64,000 bases of DNA from Asterias rubens (lineage: Eukaryota), in contig NC_047071.1 in the NCBI RefSeq assembly GCF_902459465.1, forward strand, positions 3,596,001 through 3,660,000, written 5' to 3'. The notes below the pieces were generated by a model. That model searched no databases. It was not told the DNA's origin and was given only the letters and a program-made list of their open reading frames with translations. Shown piece by piece: positions 62,300-64,000 of the stretch. Numbering within the stretch: the stretch's first letter is position 1; every line of letters begins with the position of its first letter. The position numbers and the translations under genes are program-made.

Positions 62300-63781
62300 T
62301 CAGCATTCAGTAACTTTGCCTATTGAGCTGTCACTTGAACCATTGTGAACCGGACGGCCATTTACCGGCACAAGTCCATTTTTAGGTGTTCGTTTCCTTT
62401 CCTTAGGCGCCATATTTTCATAAGCATCTTTCTCATCTCCAAGGATTGAAACTCGTTCCATCTCCTCAGCATTCATTTTATCATGAGTGGCTTGAAGTCT
62501 TTCATCGCTGTGATAGAAGGAGTTGATAGCGAACTTAGAAGACACCATGTTGGTGTCTTCAACAAACTGAATAATCTCTAAGAAGGTTGGGCGGAGTTTC
62601 TCGTTGAACTGCCAGCACATCACCATAATCTCATCCCTGAGAACAAAAGTAAAAAGGTTGAAGATAACTCAAGAAACTAAGACGAAAGAAAGTTAAAATG
62701 TTGATCAACTCATAACAAAACCATCTCCCCTACATATAATAACCTTTCTCAAAGTCTTCACATGTTATTGCTTCACACTTTAAGAGAATGTTTTGAAGGG
62801 ATTGAACTTTGAACTTACAGTTTATCTGGGCATCCGTCTGGTTTGTTTAAGACGTTTCCATTCTTGACGTATTCTCCAGCTTCTTCATTTGACATGCCTT
62901 GGTATGGCAGTTCACTTAATGTGGCAATCTCCCACATCAATACACCAAATGACCTGTAAGAATAACACTAATAACGTTTTACCTCCAGTCTATATCTTCT
63001 CATGTTACATTGTAGTTTCAAGGGTGAAGTTTAAAATTGAAGCTAAGAATCTGCCATTGTTTCTTACCAGACATCAGAGCTTGCAGTGAAGACTCCATCT
63101 CTAATTGATTCCGGCGCCATCCATCGGATCGGTAACATTCCACCTTTCTCTTTCCGATAATAGTCAGACTGGTAGATATCTCTTGCTAAACCAAAGTCAG
63201 CTACTTTACATGTACCTTCTTCAGATACTAGACAGTTTCTTGCTGAGAGATCTCGATGGACAAATTTATGAGCAGTGAGGTACGCCATACCATCGGCTAC
63301 CTCAGCTCCCATGTTGATGATGTCTGCTAGGGTAGGTGGATACTTCCTGTTATGAAGCTGTAGAGAGGTACAAGTCAAAATAACAAACAAGTTAGCAACT
63401 TATTTTACATCAGTAACATTTTACATTGTGAACATTTTATCGACAAGTTTTATCAAAATTGATGAAGCACTTTTAAGTGTACTTAAAAGTACACTTTGAG
63501 AGTAACCAGCTTTATGCAAATGACAATGAACTGTACTCTTGCAACATCAAGGATTCTAGCAAGTTTTGGTGCTCAAGCAACTCTCAGTTCTTGAAATAAA
63601 TGCCAACAATATATTATGACCCTGATATAAACTCACAGCCACATCAGCTTGGTTCTCTGGTCGGCGAGCTCGAAGCCAGTTCTTCAAATCACCTTGTGCC
63701 ATGTATTCCATAATGACATAGGTAGGTTGGCCTTTAGAAACCACACCCAGTAATCGCACTACATGGTGGGTATGGATAGCT
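62300..63781 (-). CDS. INSR: Insulin receptor/IGF1R-family tyrosine kinase, last four coding exons; 5' part lies outside the window
   Basis: Exons 63781-63637 ([27 protein letters not shown]), 63357-63068 ([34 protein letters not shown]), 62953-62819 ([18 protein letters not shown]), 62636-62300 (tail with YENM). Exact orthology was not tested. Confidence 0.9.
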
Positions 63782-64000
63782 CTGTAAAGCAGGAGCAAAT
63801 AGAAATGTTATTGTCTTTAGTCCCGTTTTCAAGATTTGCGTTTGCAAAACTCAAAACAACTGGGTTTTTAGTCCTGGTAACACTCCACATATTTGTTGTC
63901 ACTTGACCTTAAGTACCAATTTAAAAGTCTGGTTGAAAACAACTTGCTGTCTTGTAGTACTCAAGATTTTCAATGTCGTTTAACCTTCATATTCTTAATG

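Overview
This is AT-rich, intron-rich animal genomic DNA. The repeat content and gene set suggest an echinoderm such as a sea star, but that is recollection and inference, not a database result. By reading splice sites and checking reading-frame phase I reconstructed seven spliced protein-coding genes: a semaphorin (-, Sema-PSI-Ig, running off the left edge), SDHAF4 (-), HAUS6 (+), two tandem Ly6/uPAR three-finger genes (-), NAA35 (+), and the kinase-domain 3' end of an insulin-receptor-family gene (-, running off the right edge). SDHAF4/HAUS6 and Ly6-b/NAA35 are head-to-head pairs. Introns hold many TTAA-flanked and other MITEs, tRNA-derived SINEs, L2 and RTE LINE fragments, a Tc1 relic nested in a SINE, minisatellites and one N gap. 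The most unusual signal is five separate tandem duplications that copy exon/intron junctions in HAUS6 and NAA35. They create arrays of duplicated splice sites, and one creates a ladder of possible recursive AG|GT sites. Other notable items are a cluster of four perfect CRE motifs plus a CTCF-like motif, a ~700-bp fold-back made of two fused MITEs, and a possible cryptic mutually exclusive semaphorin exon. I found no CRISPR array, rRNA or intact tRNA.
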